From: Utricularia gibba
Taxonomy: Eukaryota > Plantae > Magnoliophyta
Assembly: GCA_002189035.1 (NCBI GenBank)
Contig: NEEC01000011.1
Location: forward strand, 1,674,001 to 1,738,000
Direction: 5' to 3'
Length of the DNA: 64,000 nucleotides
Within the stretch, counting starts at the first letter, position 1. Every line of letters begins with the position of its first letter. The position numbers and the translations under genes are program-made. Positions 51,905 to 64,000 of the stretch are shown here, in pieces. The notes under the pieces were generated by a model that saw only the letters and a program-made list of their open reading frames with translations, did not search any database and was not told the DNA's origin.

Positions 51905-53159
51905 CCTTGTCACGAATTTTGTGTTTGCTGTTGCGCCCCAAAGGTTTTGGTCGTCCTTCAAGTGCCCTACACGATTCACTGTTGCATTGCTAGTTTAAAC
52001 TATTCCTGCCATGAAGGGAGAATACGCCCTTGTCTTTTGGGAACTTGTTTTCTTGGAATGGAACCATTTGCTAGTCTTCTGTGGGAGATGCCTTGAGTTC
52101 ATCCAAAGATAGGAAAATAGATGAATAATTTATTTTCCATGTGTCGTATCATAATCTTCTAATCCAAGGTACTTATTAGATTGAGACAATAATTAGAAGT
52201 CGTTTGATAGTAATGTATTAATATATTTAATTATAATATAATTGGTTATATATATATATTTAATTATATATACTATTTAATATTTGAGAATAGAATTTTG
52301 AATATGTGAGTAATATAAGTATAATTAGTTTACATCCCTCTCTCTATTTGTATATATTACTCACATATTCATAAAATAAGTATATGAATGATATAGTCAT
52401 ATAAGATTAATATCCATATGTTAATTAATCAAATCATGATTTATATATAAATTTAAGTATAAATATTTTATATTATATTATACTATCAAAAACTTTTTTA
52501 ATCATTACTTTTACAATTTGATATATTGGATAAAATTAATCTTCATATATATAATGATAATTACAATTTTAAAATCGAACATATTTAATCTTCCACTTTT
52601 TTCTTATATGGTAAGGTTAATCTCTGAATTAGTTTGACATATGTAATTCCTTCCAATTAATTTTCATTATCAAACCATAATTTATATTCCCAATTTTATC
52701 ACCTTTAACTACCACATGTTTCCAACACATCATGAACCAAGAAATGGGTTTGGAGTACCAACCTTGCAGATTTTAAATATATTTAAATATTTATTTGATA
52801 CATTAAATATGATTTATGAGCATATCTATAGGTTGCATTTAAGTTAATCTTTTAGGATGAGCTCTAAAAGAATATAAAATTGTGGTTGCAAGTCAAATAG
52901 AAATGGAAATGATGACAGTATTAAAGAGATGAATTTTTTTATATTTCCAATAATAAAATACCACCTAATTCATTGAAATTTTATGATTTGGTCTGAAAAC
53001 AGACCAAACTGCAGTTCCTTCAGACCAACCAGAGAGAAGCAATGATCTCATGAATTATGATGATCTCTGTACCAAAATGGTGTGTATGGAAAAAGCTTGG
53101 AAACAACAAATCAACAAATTTCTGTGGGTGTGTGTTTTTTCTCCTTTGGACTATCAACT

Positions 53160-54924
53160 CTATGCTGAAGAAGCAGAACTCTTCCCCCAGGGCAGCAATC
53201 CGGTGGAAGAATCTGCGAAGTTGGCGATGATCAGGTCCCTGAGTCCGGTATCCCAGACCTCGCAGAACCGCCGAGACCAATCCGCCGGCTCAACCGCCTC
53301 CGTTCCCAGCCCCGGTGCACGGTCCCTCGACCCTCGTTCTGGTTTTCTTGCCAATCAGCCACATAAGTAGCAACCCTTCTGTGGAACTTGGCCCTGAACG
53401 CCTCCCAAACCTGATACTTGTAATGGTTGATCACCGCCGCGCTTCGAGGCAGATCGAAGTACTTGAACCCTTCTTTCAAGTGGAAATGGTGCACTATGTT
53501 GAGCAGAGATGGGTCCAGTGCATCAGGCCTCACGATCGACTTGTGCCTCTCTGGGTTTTGCAGGCGGCAAGTGTAGCCGGTGGTGACGCCCTGCTCCGGC
53601 TGCGAGGTCCGCCCCGATGGCCCGAAGCTGTAGCAAGAGGTTCTGATCTCGGCTACCGGCGTTAATGTGAAGTTGGAGACTAGAGAGAGGAGAGAGCCCT
53701 GAGATGCATAGCCTACTGGCCTGTACTTGTGACGCGAACTAGATGAATATGGGAAGTAGAAATACTCGTCCACGTCCATGAACGAGACCCAGTTGCATTC
53801 CTCCCGTGCTCGTAGAGCGCAATGGGAGAATCCAGCTTCCTGCGTCTTGATCCATGGCCAAAAATGGCGTGTAATGTTGTAATTCTCCTGGTTCAGCTCC
53901 TCGAGGATCGAATCGATGCCATCGTCACTGTTGTTATCGTAGATGAACCATCTCTGCACTCCCAACCACGAATGGTAAAGAATCCATTCCTTTATAGACG
54001 AAGCTTGGTTCCACACCATGGTACACATACAGAGCTCGTGTTTCTTCTGGTTGGTTACCGTTCTGCGCCGGGAAATTGCAGCGACGGATGGCATGATGAT
54101 GGGTTTCGCAGAACGAGGGGGCTTGACACTGACTGTTACGGTGATGGAAGCATAGTTTTCATCAAGATCGGAGATGAGTGTCTTGGGCAAAGGGCATCTG
54201 ACAACTTCCTGAGCAGCCATTGATGCTTTGGTAGCAGCAATCGTCTTGGGATCATCCCCTGTACGTTCCCAATTTGCAACCTCAAAATGACAGCTGAAAA
54301 AGCTTGGATCGGATTTCCGATCGCTTCTCAAATTCAGGCCTTTCACAAACACCACCACGTCGTCTCCATCAACGACGGAGGCGTACACCAAATACCCCCA
54401 TGAGTCACTTGTCCGATTGCGTGTATCTGGTAATCTTTCTTCTTTACTCTTCCATTTCAAGCCGACAGAGCTGGTGACAGTCGAATTCGAATTCGAATTC
54501 TCAATCGGGCATCTGACAGCCCATCTGAAACCATCATACTCATCAAAGGAAACCACATCTTTTTCAATACCCGAACTGTACACACACACCAGCTTCTCGC
54601 CAGAGCTGGCCCCCTGCCACCGCCGCCGCCAATAACAAGCAAAACAGAATCCGGGAACAAAACCGTGTTCTCAATTTTCAACACCGACCGAAACGAACCC
54701 AAATCATCAACCGATTCAACAGCCGTCGAGCTCGAAGACGAAGGTAGAGACAACCTGGGCACCCTCAACACAGGGTGAAAAGAAGACACCCCTAAATGAG
54801 TCGCACACCACAAAATCGACAGAAAACACAGCGAACAATACCCCATCAAACGAACCCTCCCCAGCACCCACGACGGCTGCCTCAGCAACCGTTTCCTCCT
54901 CCTCCGACGATCGGGAGAATCCAT
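53160..54924 (-). CDS. Glycosyltransferase family 92 / DUF23 protein (At1g27200-like), single exon, two apparent 1-bp frameshifts
   Basis: N-terminal TM, LCMCTMVWNQA..EWILYH, RWFIYDNNSDD, WPWIKTQEAGFSHC, FMDVDEY, ERHKSIVRP, INHYKYQVW and DRAPGLGT..FCEVWDTGL in successive frames. Confidence 0.9.
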
Positions 54925-57900
54925 TCCCAACTTCAACTCCCCAGCAGCAAAGGTAACAAAGCAGGAGGAAAGGCGCAGTATTTCTCTCGGCCTCTTCTGG
55001 GCGTTCGTTGGGTGCGACAGATGACTGACAGAGAGGCGTATTGGACGCGTCCGGTGACAATGGGGTCACCGTTGGCCGCTGTTTTTTACCCCCCAAAAAA
55101 TGCCTCGTTTCCTTCAGCACGCAACTGGTTAGTCTTCTCTTAGGCACAACCCATTGGATGTTTCTAAAACAATTGAATTATTCCTTTTCGTACACCATGT
55201 CTTAAAAACCTCCTCCATTCATTGTAATAAAATATATTAAATTGACTTTTTTTTAATTTAATATCGTGATTATATCATTAATATCTCCTCTTCACGCTAA
55301 ACCACGACGATTATCTTTATTTCAAAGTCGTCAAACTATAGTTATTATATATTTATGAGGAATTGATATTTTCTAAGTTGAATAATATTAATCCCCTTAA
55401 TAATCTTCAATTATTTAATAATTTGATAACTTAATTTTAAGCAAAAAATTTAAATGACATATATTTTATAAAATTATTCAAAGTATTGAATAAATAAATT
55501 GTTCATTTGTATCAATTTAAATCATCAAATATATTTATATCTCTCACTAATAATTTATAAATTACAATTTCTTCAGTTTCAGTATAATTTATGTGACTTA
55601 AGATAGAGAGGCATATGATATTTAAAAAAACTATATCCAATTATTATTATTTTATTTGAAATAAACAAATATTTGACAGGATACATAATATTCAGTACAA
55701 TTTTTTTGTCGGCCAATTTTAAATAATTTTTTTTCCTTGCCGGGTAGGATTATACCAATAATTAAAAATGGAGAAATAACATTATTTTCAAAGAATATGA
55801 ATATTGTATTGTGCGGAAGTGACCACAGCCTGGAGCATCAATTCCTCCACGTGTACGCTTGTTGTCACACCTCCAACCGTCCACCACTTTGAGCGAATCC
55901 GGCTGCGATGCAACCCGGGTTTGGACCCGCTGAGATTGTAACTACCTTTAGAAATCAATTTTATTTTTTTTAAAATAATTCTATTATTGTAATATTATTG
56001 TATATTTAAATACATATTCAATTATATTTTAAAAGTCAATTCAATTATAGTAAAAGTATTAAAAATAGTTTCTTTATAAGATATTAAATCAGTATGTGAA
56101 TTTAAAATTCGATCTACTTTTTTTTTTTATAAAAAATGCATATCAACATTTAGTTTTTAATTAAATAATTATAATAAATATTGATGTGGTACAAATCAAA
56201 TGAGGATAATCTGACTCTGAAAATTGTCAAAAGGTGCTCTAATGGGATAGCGTCGGTCGACAGACCGATATATGTCAAAGACACAGTCTAAAAAGCGGTT
56301 GAATTACGATAGAGCAGACGGCGATTTACTGAAAAGCTAGATCATAATACAGGCGCAAAAAACAACTGGCAATCACAGGAATCAAGATTCGGTAAGATCG
56401 ACCTCTTCTATAAGTAGGAGAAATCCTGAATGAAAAGAGGTTCGATTCTGAGCTTTCCAACTTGTATTTCTCTCTGCATCTCCGTCTAGTAAAGATTTTC
56501 TCCGACGACCTCCGATAACTCCGTAGTTTTCCTGCCATTCGACGGTTTCCACGTAAAAAAATCTCTGCATCTCTTTATTTCGATAAACCACATCAAACAA
56601 CGCATTCAAACCGTACCAGTATCTGACACATCCAGCCATTTTCACAAACCGATAATCGGTTCTGACTCTAGTGTCAATTTTCAACTGTAACAAATATAAA
56701 AAAATTCACTTCGCTTGTTTAGTGCTTTAATTTTTGTAGTTGTAATTTTATTATAAATATATTTGAATTATATTAATAATATATAGTATAATTTAACTTT
56801 TTATATTAAATGATTTATAAATTTATAAAATATGATTACTAGTGAATATGAATATATATGTAGTTTATTTATATCAATATTTAAAAACAATTATTCTAAA
56901 TGTTATATCAATTTTCAATTTTGGTAAAATAGTTATGAAGTGATTTTTTACAGACGCATATTATATTTTAGAAATGTGGATACTTTTGTATGATAAAAAC
57001 GATTAATTTAAATATTACATTTATTTTAATTATGAAAAGTAAAACGAGGAATAGTCAATTTTCTAAATGGGAGCTTATCTTATTCAAGGAATTAGGTCGT
57101 CGGTCACAGAGTTGGTTCAATTTTGAAATACACATGACAATCGGGGTTTTTTTGGAATTTAAAATTCATTTTTATTTAGTTGGAAATTGTTTCTTTTTTT
57201 ATTATTTGTTTGAATAATCTATAAGCTATTGCTTGGAATTCTTCAAATCCTGTGTTCTCAATAAATTTGAAGGGTAGTTGACCAAAGGAAACATTGCAGA
57301 CGGTTTAGAATTATTTTATTTTAAATATTTTTCATTTATTTATTATTTAATGATTATTTTAATTATTTATACGAAAATTCCAAAGTTCAAAAAACATACA
57401 TTTTTTTTAATTTTAATACGAAAATCCCGCGTTTGTAGTGCTGGGTCCGTTCACTTGTTACAATTGGGCTAATTTGATAAGTTGGAGGAGGCCCATGAAA
57501 ATACTTGGTTTTCCATTTGGCCCCCTACATTTCTGTAATTATGAAAACAGCCCCAACGATCGTTTTCCAGTTGCCTACAGCCCTAATCTTCGAAGCCTTG
57601 TTAAGCTCCGCTCCCAAGTCGTGGCCTTGCCGCTGCTGTGGACGACGTCAAAAGCTAATCTCGGCGCCCGTCTTCGATAATTTGTAATTTTTGTCTTGCT
57701 TCTTGATTTCGGCTGGGATTTTCCCCTTTCTGTGCGGTGGACAATGCGCGCGAACGCTTTTCTGCGGCATAAGTTTTTTTTGTTTGAGAAATTTTATAAA
57801 AAAAATCTTGTAGATTTTGAAGTTTTGGTTTAGTGACTTGAATGTTTTGACATTGGGAAATTGAAAGTTTGCGTGGGTATATGAAAATCATTTTTTATGT

Positions 57901-58359
57901 GCTGGTGTACTTTTTGTATACCATTTGTTTTTCTCAAATGTGAGGATCCCTTTAAATTGTCGATGAATGAAATTGGTGGGTTTTCCCCCGTAGTTTGGTT
58001 GTGGTGAATGCTGACTTTGGTTTCAAATCTGTATTTGCCCTAATGTGCTGTGAGGGCTGAAATTCATCCTACTGGGGATTTCTTTTTTAGGATTTAATTG
58101 CAAACCTTGGCTAGGATGTTGCTGACTATTTTTCTTTAACTGTTCAACAGTTGAATTAGGAAAAATCACTTTTCTTATGTGATCTTGATGCTGTTAGAAG
58201 TTTTGTACACACTTCTTATAGCTGGTGATTCTTTTCTGTGTTTCTTCGCCTTTACAGAGAAGCTTTGATGGTTCAAGCTTTTGTGGGCATATAGTGTTTT
58301 TTTGAGTAATGAGTTTTCACAATATTCTTAAATTTACCTGTTACAAAAGAGGAGTGTGA

Positions 58360-61246
58360 ATGGCTGGCCTGCTGTCTGGTGAGACCTCTCATCATGGAGC
58401 AGTTGACGGCCACCATAAGTCTTCTCATGATAAGCTGGATGAAGGTTCTGGGCGTTGGTACTTCTCTAGAAAGGAAATCGAGGAAAATTCACCTTCTAGA
58501 AAAGATGGCATAGATTTAAAGAAAGAGGCATACCTGCGCAAGTCATATTGCACATTTTTGCAGGATTTGGGAATGAGGCTTAAAGTGTAAGTTTTTCCCT
58601 TTGAAATTTTCGTTGTTTAAGTTTTTTTTTTTGCAATGCTTTGCTAAGGGCTTCTTGTATGAATTTCTGTCGACTCCATTTTTTCATGCTTCAGCTAAAT
58701 AGTTTTATTTTTTTAATTATATAAAATTTCAGTTTGTTATAAAATCTTTATATGTCAGAATGCATTTTGTATTGATACCTTGATTGTTGAGAAAATGGAT
58801 GTAAGATTTTCTGGCTAGATGCTGAACACTGAATGCATATTCGCACGATTATTCTTGTACTGCTTTCCTATACATTTAAGTTTAAGTTAGTTTATGCTCG
58901 GGATCAAATAATGGTCTAGCACAACTTTAATATCTGGTTTTGTTTTTGTTTTTGTTTTTTTTTTCGCAATTGATTTGGTCGGATTTGGCAAACCATATTA
59001 TCAATCCTTTGTATCTTTATGTTGGGGTGAAATTCTGAATATGATAAATGCCTTTTGATACAGGCCCCAAGTAACTATTGCCACAGCTATTATATTCTGT
59101 CATCGCTTCTTTCTTCGCCAGTCACATGCCAAAAATGATAGAAGGGTATGTTTGTTTATTTAAATTATTTTTACGAGCTGCATATTAACAAATTTCATTT
59201 GGAACTGTAGGAAATATCAACTAGTTTTACGGGAAAATACTTATTTCAGAAGTAGTGAATTCTGAAATGGTGTTCTAAAAGAAAGAAAAGTGGATTGTAC
59301 TTTATCAAAGCTTCTAGTTTCTGACATTTGACCTTTTAAAAAAATATCGTCATACCTTTTCTTTGGCAGACGGTTGCAATAGTATGCATGTTTCTTGCTG
59401 GTAAGGTTGAAGAAACTCCTCGCCCGCTAAAAGATGTCATTCTTGTGTCATATGAAATAATCCATAAAAAAGATTCTGCTGCTGTGCTGAGGATTAAGCA
59501 GAAGGTGAGTACCCTTTGTGTAGTATATGAAGTCTTTTCATCTACATGTATAGTCTGTGGCATGATACACTTATGGCTTCTTGAACTGCAATACATGTAT
59601 GTCTTGTTAAAAACTTTTGTTGAATCGACCTTGCCTTCACAATTCATCCATATAAATCTAAAGACGCAAACTCATGTGTGGGGTGTCTGTGCTTGGTTAA
59701 TCATTTGTTATATTATCAACTTCCCAGGAGGTTTATGAACAACAAAAGGAACTGATCTTGCTGGGAGAACGGGTTGTTCTTGTTACTCTTGGTTTTGATC
59801 TCAATGTGCTTCATCCATACAAGCCCCTTGTTGAGGCAATAAAAAAATTCCAGGTTGCTCAAAATGCTCTTGCCCAAGTGGCCTGGAATTTTGTTAATGA
59901 TGGGTATGATCTTAGCATTGCAATTGTAATCTTGTGCTTACCCATGATCTGTTCGAGCCCTTATTCTTTTGACCAAGAAAGCACCGTTGCAGGCTTCGCA
60001 CATCTCTGTGTCTGCAATTTAAGCCCCACCACATCGCAGCAGGTGCTATTTTCCTTGCAGCAAAGTTTCTCAAAGTGAAGCTTCCACATGAGGTTTGGGG
60101 GCAAGAGTTCGATGTCTCTCCCCACCAATTGGAGGGTGGGTGCCTTCAATGCCTCCTTTGGTTGCTTGTAGGGATCCGATTCATTAAACTGAGCGCCGGC
60201 ATTTGAACAGAATACACATCGTCGGGGATGATGTGATTATTTTCTTTTAATAAAATTCGGATCATTCTAACTGAAATATGCCTTTTTCTCTTGCAGAGGT
60301 CAGCAATCAAATGCTCGAGCTGTATGAACAAAACAAAGCGCTTCCATCCCAAGCTAGTGAAGCTGAGGGGAGTGCGGGAAACAGTATGCGACCTCTGTCA
60401 AAAGGCCAGCCTGATGATGAGCATATGATTGGTTCCTCACCAGGCGGGACAGCTGTGAAGGTAAAGGTGGAGCCAAGGTCTGATGGCGATAATAAGCCAG
60501 TTAACCCAGTTGGAATGCCCAGAACCTCCCAACGTAATAGTGATCATGGAAGCACCGATATCTCTACCTTTCCGGTTAAACAAGAAAAAGGTGTCGTCAA
60601 GCAGGAATATGAACCCATAAACCATCACCTAAATGTTGATGGGCAAGAGGCTGATGACCATAAAGGGGTTTCAGGGCTATCTGAGAGTAGAAATTCAGTG
60701 GATGGGAGAGATAAACATAGTGTTAAAGTCTCCGCCAAAGGTGGTGCTACAGTTCACCATTCGCCGCACAGTGCCAGCAAGAAGCTGGACCTAGAAAAAG
60801 TCATCTCTTTGAAAGCAGCAATGGAACGCCGGAAGGCGCAGGGTGCTCTTAAAGTAGACCCTGAGGATGAGATCGAGAGGGAGCTAGAGGATGTGGAAAT
60901 GCCTGGTCAGAGTGAAAAGATCAGAGTCAGCAAGATGCAGACTTGGTCTGAGGACATTCATTACAATGACGCAGCAAAGAGATCACCACGTGGAGGCAAC
61001 GATGGTGCTGAAGAAGGTGAATTGGAGACGTCCGACGATGCTGACAGAGGACATCGATCACCAAGACCAAGCTCACGCAAGAGGAAGCCGGAGAGCCCCT
61101 TATCTGAAAAACATAGGGGAGATTATGGTCACGGACTTCCAAAACAAAGCAGCCATGCATACAGTGACGATAGGAATGCAATGGGAAGAAGACATGAGTA
61201 TCAAGAGAGGGAGACCAAGAGACGCCTGCAGGAGAATCATGTGTGA
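58360..61246 (+). CDS. CYCT1: Cyclin T1 (P-TEFb subunit), 570 aa, 6 exons
   Basis: [29 protein letters not shown]|[30 protein letters not shown] and [25 protein letters not shown]. Exons 58360-58586, 59064-59145, 59370-59504, 59728-59903, 59993-60135 and 60297-61246 (1713 nt). Confidence 0.95.
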
Positions 61247-63044
61247 GATGGAAGTATATTGCTGGACCTGCTTGGAGAGATTGGATCGATGAGCAATAAC
61301 AGATCTTGGTAAGTGAAACTGAACTCCCTGTAGTTTTGTTCCCCTGCACTTGTCATTAACACCATCACTACGAAAAGGAGAAAGCAGGAACCCAAAAGCT
61401 AGTTGGGGTTCCATTACATGGCAGGCATTAGAAAATCCTTGTTGGTCAAAAACATATTTTGTACGGTAGAGTTTATTGGATTTTGCGGTCCCTTTGTATA
61501 CTAACGTTGCGAAATAGTTTTGAAAATGCTCTTTTTTTTTTGGAATTTGAAGTGATTTGGAAAATCTCTTCATATTTGAAATGCCCGATCTTTTCAAGTA
61601 AAGGAATGTTTGAATGAGTTGATTTTGGTAAGGTGCTAGATGATTATTTGGTAATTCTCTTGAAATCACTCCATAATAGCCATGGTTATCTTGTTTGTTT
61701 TAGCACATCCCACGTTAAACACAGAGGCAAGCTACTTGTTTCCCCCAAAAAGGATTGATCAACCATTTTGCAGAAGCAGAAGAGTAACTGCAGCTGTGCG
61801 TCTGTGATGGGGTAAAAGAACTAGGCAGGATCTTGTATGGCCAAAATGGCTGTTTCATGGTCTCATTTGTGAAGTTCAGACAACAATACTTGTTCCCACT
61901 TCCGTTGTTTGGAGAGCTTCATCTTAATTATCTTGTGCGGTTCCCATCAGGTCACTTTTCTCCTTGTGCAGGCTCTCTTTCGATCTCTTGTCTCGCAGTC
62001 ACGGCCTCAGGCTGCGAACCAGCAAGAGAGAAACCATGAAGAGGGACAGCAGGTGGGTGCTCAGGCAATGCCGTGTAAAGACAAGAAGCCTCTCTAAGGC
62101 AAACTAGTGAAATTCTTGTCTGTGGATTAGGTTCCCCATAAAAACAAGTATTAGTTTGCACAAAGCCACCAGCCGAAAGCAAGGATTCGAACCATGAAAA
62201 CTGACGCACCGGAGGGGATCATTTCAAAGTTCTGAACTGCAAAATGGACCCGGGCCGGGCTTAGAATCGAAACCCATACCCGACCCGTCCGTCTCTGAAT
62301 TAACCCGTTAGGCAATGTTTGTTGTGGCGCCCAGCCCTAGCCGTCTCTCCCGTTTGATCTGGATGCTGCTGCTTCTTGTTACTGTGTCCACTATGTGAAA
62401 TCGTGAATCAACTCGGCCATGGATGATTGCCCGTTTGAATGTGTGCTTTTCTTGAAGAAATAAGTAGATTCTTTTGAAGTTTGTCGGAGCAAAGTGTCAA
62501 TCTGTGGTGGTAAATATTAAGCTTTTTTTCGTCTACACTTTCATCCTTTAAGCCCTTGGACCTAAGCCGCGACGCTTCAGTTGATGGTTTAGTGCAAGTT
62601 TTCAATTTCGGTTTCGATTCATGGGCTTTTTTTTAATTCAATGAATATTGAATGCTAATCCATCTCCTGTTTTCTTTCTCATTTATGTGATTCATTGCAA
62701 TGAGAAGACCTGGAAAAGAGATTCATTTATGGGATTTATAACTTTTAATATGATGCATGTAAGGCTGGGTGTTTTTGTTGTATTTCTTGTGGCATGGAGA
62801 AAAAATTCAAGGCAACTCACTCTAAACTTTTCGTGTCATATTTTCAGTTTTGGTTTTCATATTGAAACAAAAATTTATTAGTTTGGCATATACTGTATCT
62901 ATGGTTACTAGTTTCTATGCTTGTCTTTATAGGGGGTTTATTTTTCCTGGGTGGTGTTAAGATTTGTGTGGACAATCTGAGGATTTAACTGAGATAGTTT
63001 ACTTCTTGTGGCTTTGTTTTTGGAAAAACTCTCTTACAGCATCT

Positions 63045-63774
63045 ATGGGTTTGGACAATCACATTGAGAGCATCTTATGGACAGAGCAGCAAATTTCAGA
63101 TAAAATCTCAGAGTTAGCATCTCAGATCACCCAAGACTTCGAATCCCACACCATTGCTCCTGTCGTTGTGGGAGTCGCCACAGGCGCATTCTTGTTTCTA
63201 GCTGATCTTGTCCGGAAGATCCATCTTCCCATCACTGTGGACCTTATCAGGGCTGAATCATATGGATCAGGCACCGTTTCATCTGGTCACCCTACAATCC
63301 CTTTCGACATAAAACTTGATGTTCGAGGCAAGCATGTCCTTCTGGTACCAAAAGTTTAAATTTTTCCATTTTGACTTTTTGAATAGTTCATGCAAAATGT
63401 TTACTGATTACTTCACTTGCAGGTGGAAGATATTGTGGATACTGGGAGAACCATAAGCTGCCTAATTGACCATATGAAATCTAAAGGTGCATCCTCCGTT
63501 TCGATTTGCACTCTTCTGGATAAACAAGCACGAAGAAAAGTTCATTTTGAGCTCGTTGGTGAAGGGAAGTTCTACAAAGGCTTTGAGGTGATTAATTACT
63601 TCTTTACCTTGAATTGAAGCTCAAGTCTTTTCCTTATCCTACATGATTGGGAATTTTGTATCATGAGTGCAGTGTCCTGATGAATTTGTTGTCGGCTATG
63701 GCTTTGACTTCGCTGAGGTTTACAGAAACTTGCCTTATATTGGTGTCTTGAAGCCTGAATTCTACATGAAATGA
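63045..63774 (+). CDS. HGPT: Hypoxanthine-guanine phosphoribosyltransferase, 188 aa, 3 exons
   Basis: [23 protein letters not shown]|[14 protein letters not shown] and [20 protein letters not shown]. Exons 63045-63344, 63423-63587 and 63673-63774 (567 nt). Confidence 0.96.
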
Positions 63775-63995
63775 TCAGACAGATAACACTTATTGCAATG
63801 GATGTATCCATTCTTTGCTACAGCACTGTACTAAACTTCTTCCTTCCTGAGAATCCCTTCTTTGGCCTGTATTCTACAAATAATGATCAGACAGGAAACT
63901 CTTGCTGCAATCATTGTTTATTGCCACAGGTACTGCATTAATCTTCTTTCCTGAGAATTGCTTTGAGGGCTCATGTTTCTTAGTATTCTATATTT
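63759..63995 (+). repeat. Degenerate ~112-bp tandem repeat overlapping the HGPT stop codon and 3' UTR
   Basis: attctac..aatgatcagacag..ttcctgagaat at 63759 and 63871; a partial third start near 63984. Confidence 0.75.
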
Positions 63996-64000
63996 GTCCC

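Noticed and set aside
52190-52620. Functional significance of extreme AT-rich spacers (also 4040-4540, 10200-10700, 29300-31700)
   Set aside because: Ordinary low-complexity intergenic DNA for this type of genome; short ORFs there are compositional noise.
62175-62250. tRNA or tRNA-derived SINE (GGTTCGAATCC on the minus strand)
   Set aside because: T-stem is mismatched, with no A-box/D-arm or acceptor stem.

Overview
Eukaryotic, gene-dense flowering-plant (eudicot) nuclear DNA with short GT-AG introns and AT-rich spacers. No prokaryotic features, CRISPR arrays, tRNA or rRNA were found. The first ~6.7 kb is nested transposon debris: a MuDR transposase relic, a Tat/gypsy extra-ORF relic, a non-autonomous MULE with TIRs, TSD and an internal palindrome array. 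A conserved gene block follows: LIP2, a PI4K-gamma pseudogene fused to a PPR fragment, BASL/gar2-like, DUF863, HRD1, MIXTA-like MYB, PMT2, CUL3, RPS9, F-box/kelch, a glycine/RGG-rich (Caprin-like) protein, GT92/DUF23, cyclin T1 and HGPT. Family calls rest on recalled motifs, not database searches. Seven 1-bp frameshifts in three otherwise intact genes can each be repaired by adding one base to a G/C homopolymer, so they look like long-read consensus errors rather than pseudogenes. The most notable items are the PI4K-PPR-LIP2 rearrangement, the Caprin-like protein, a divergent CUL3, a divergent MIXTA-like MYB and a GC-rich element embedded in an (AT)n microsatellite.
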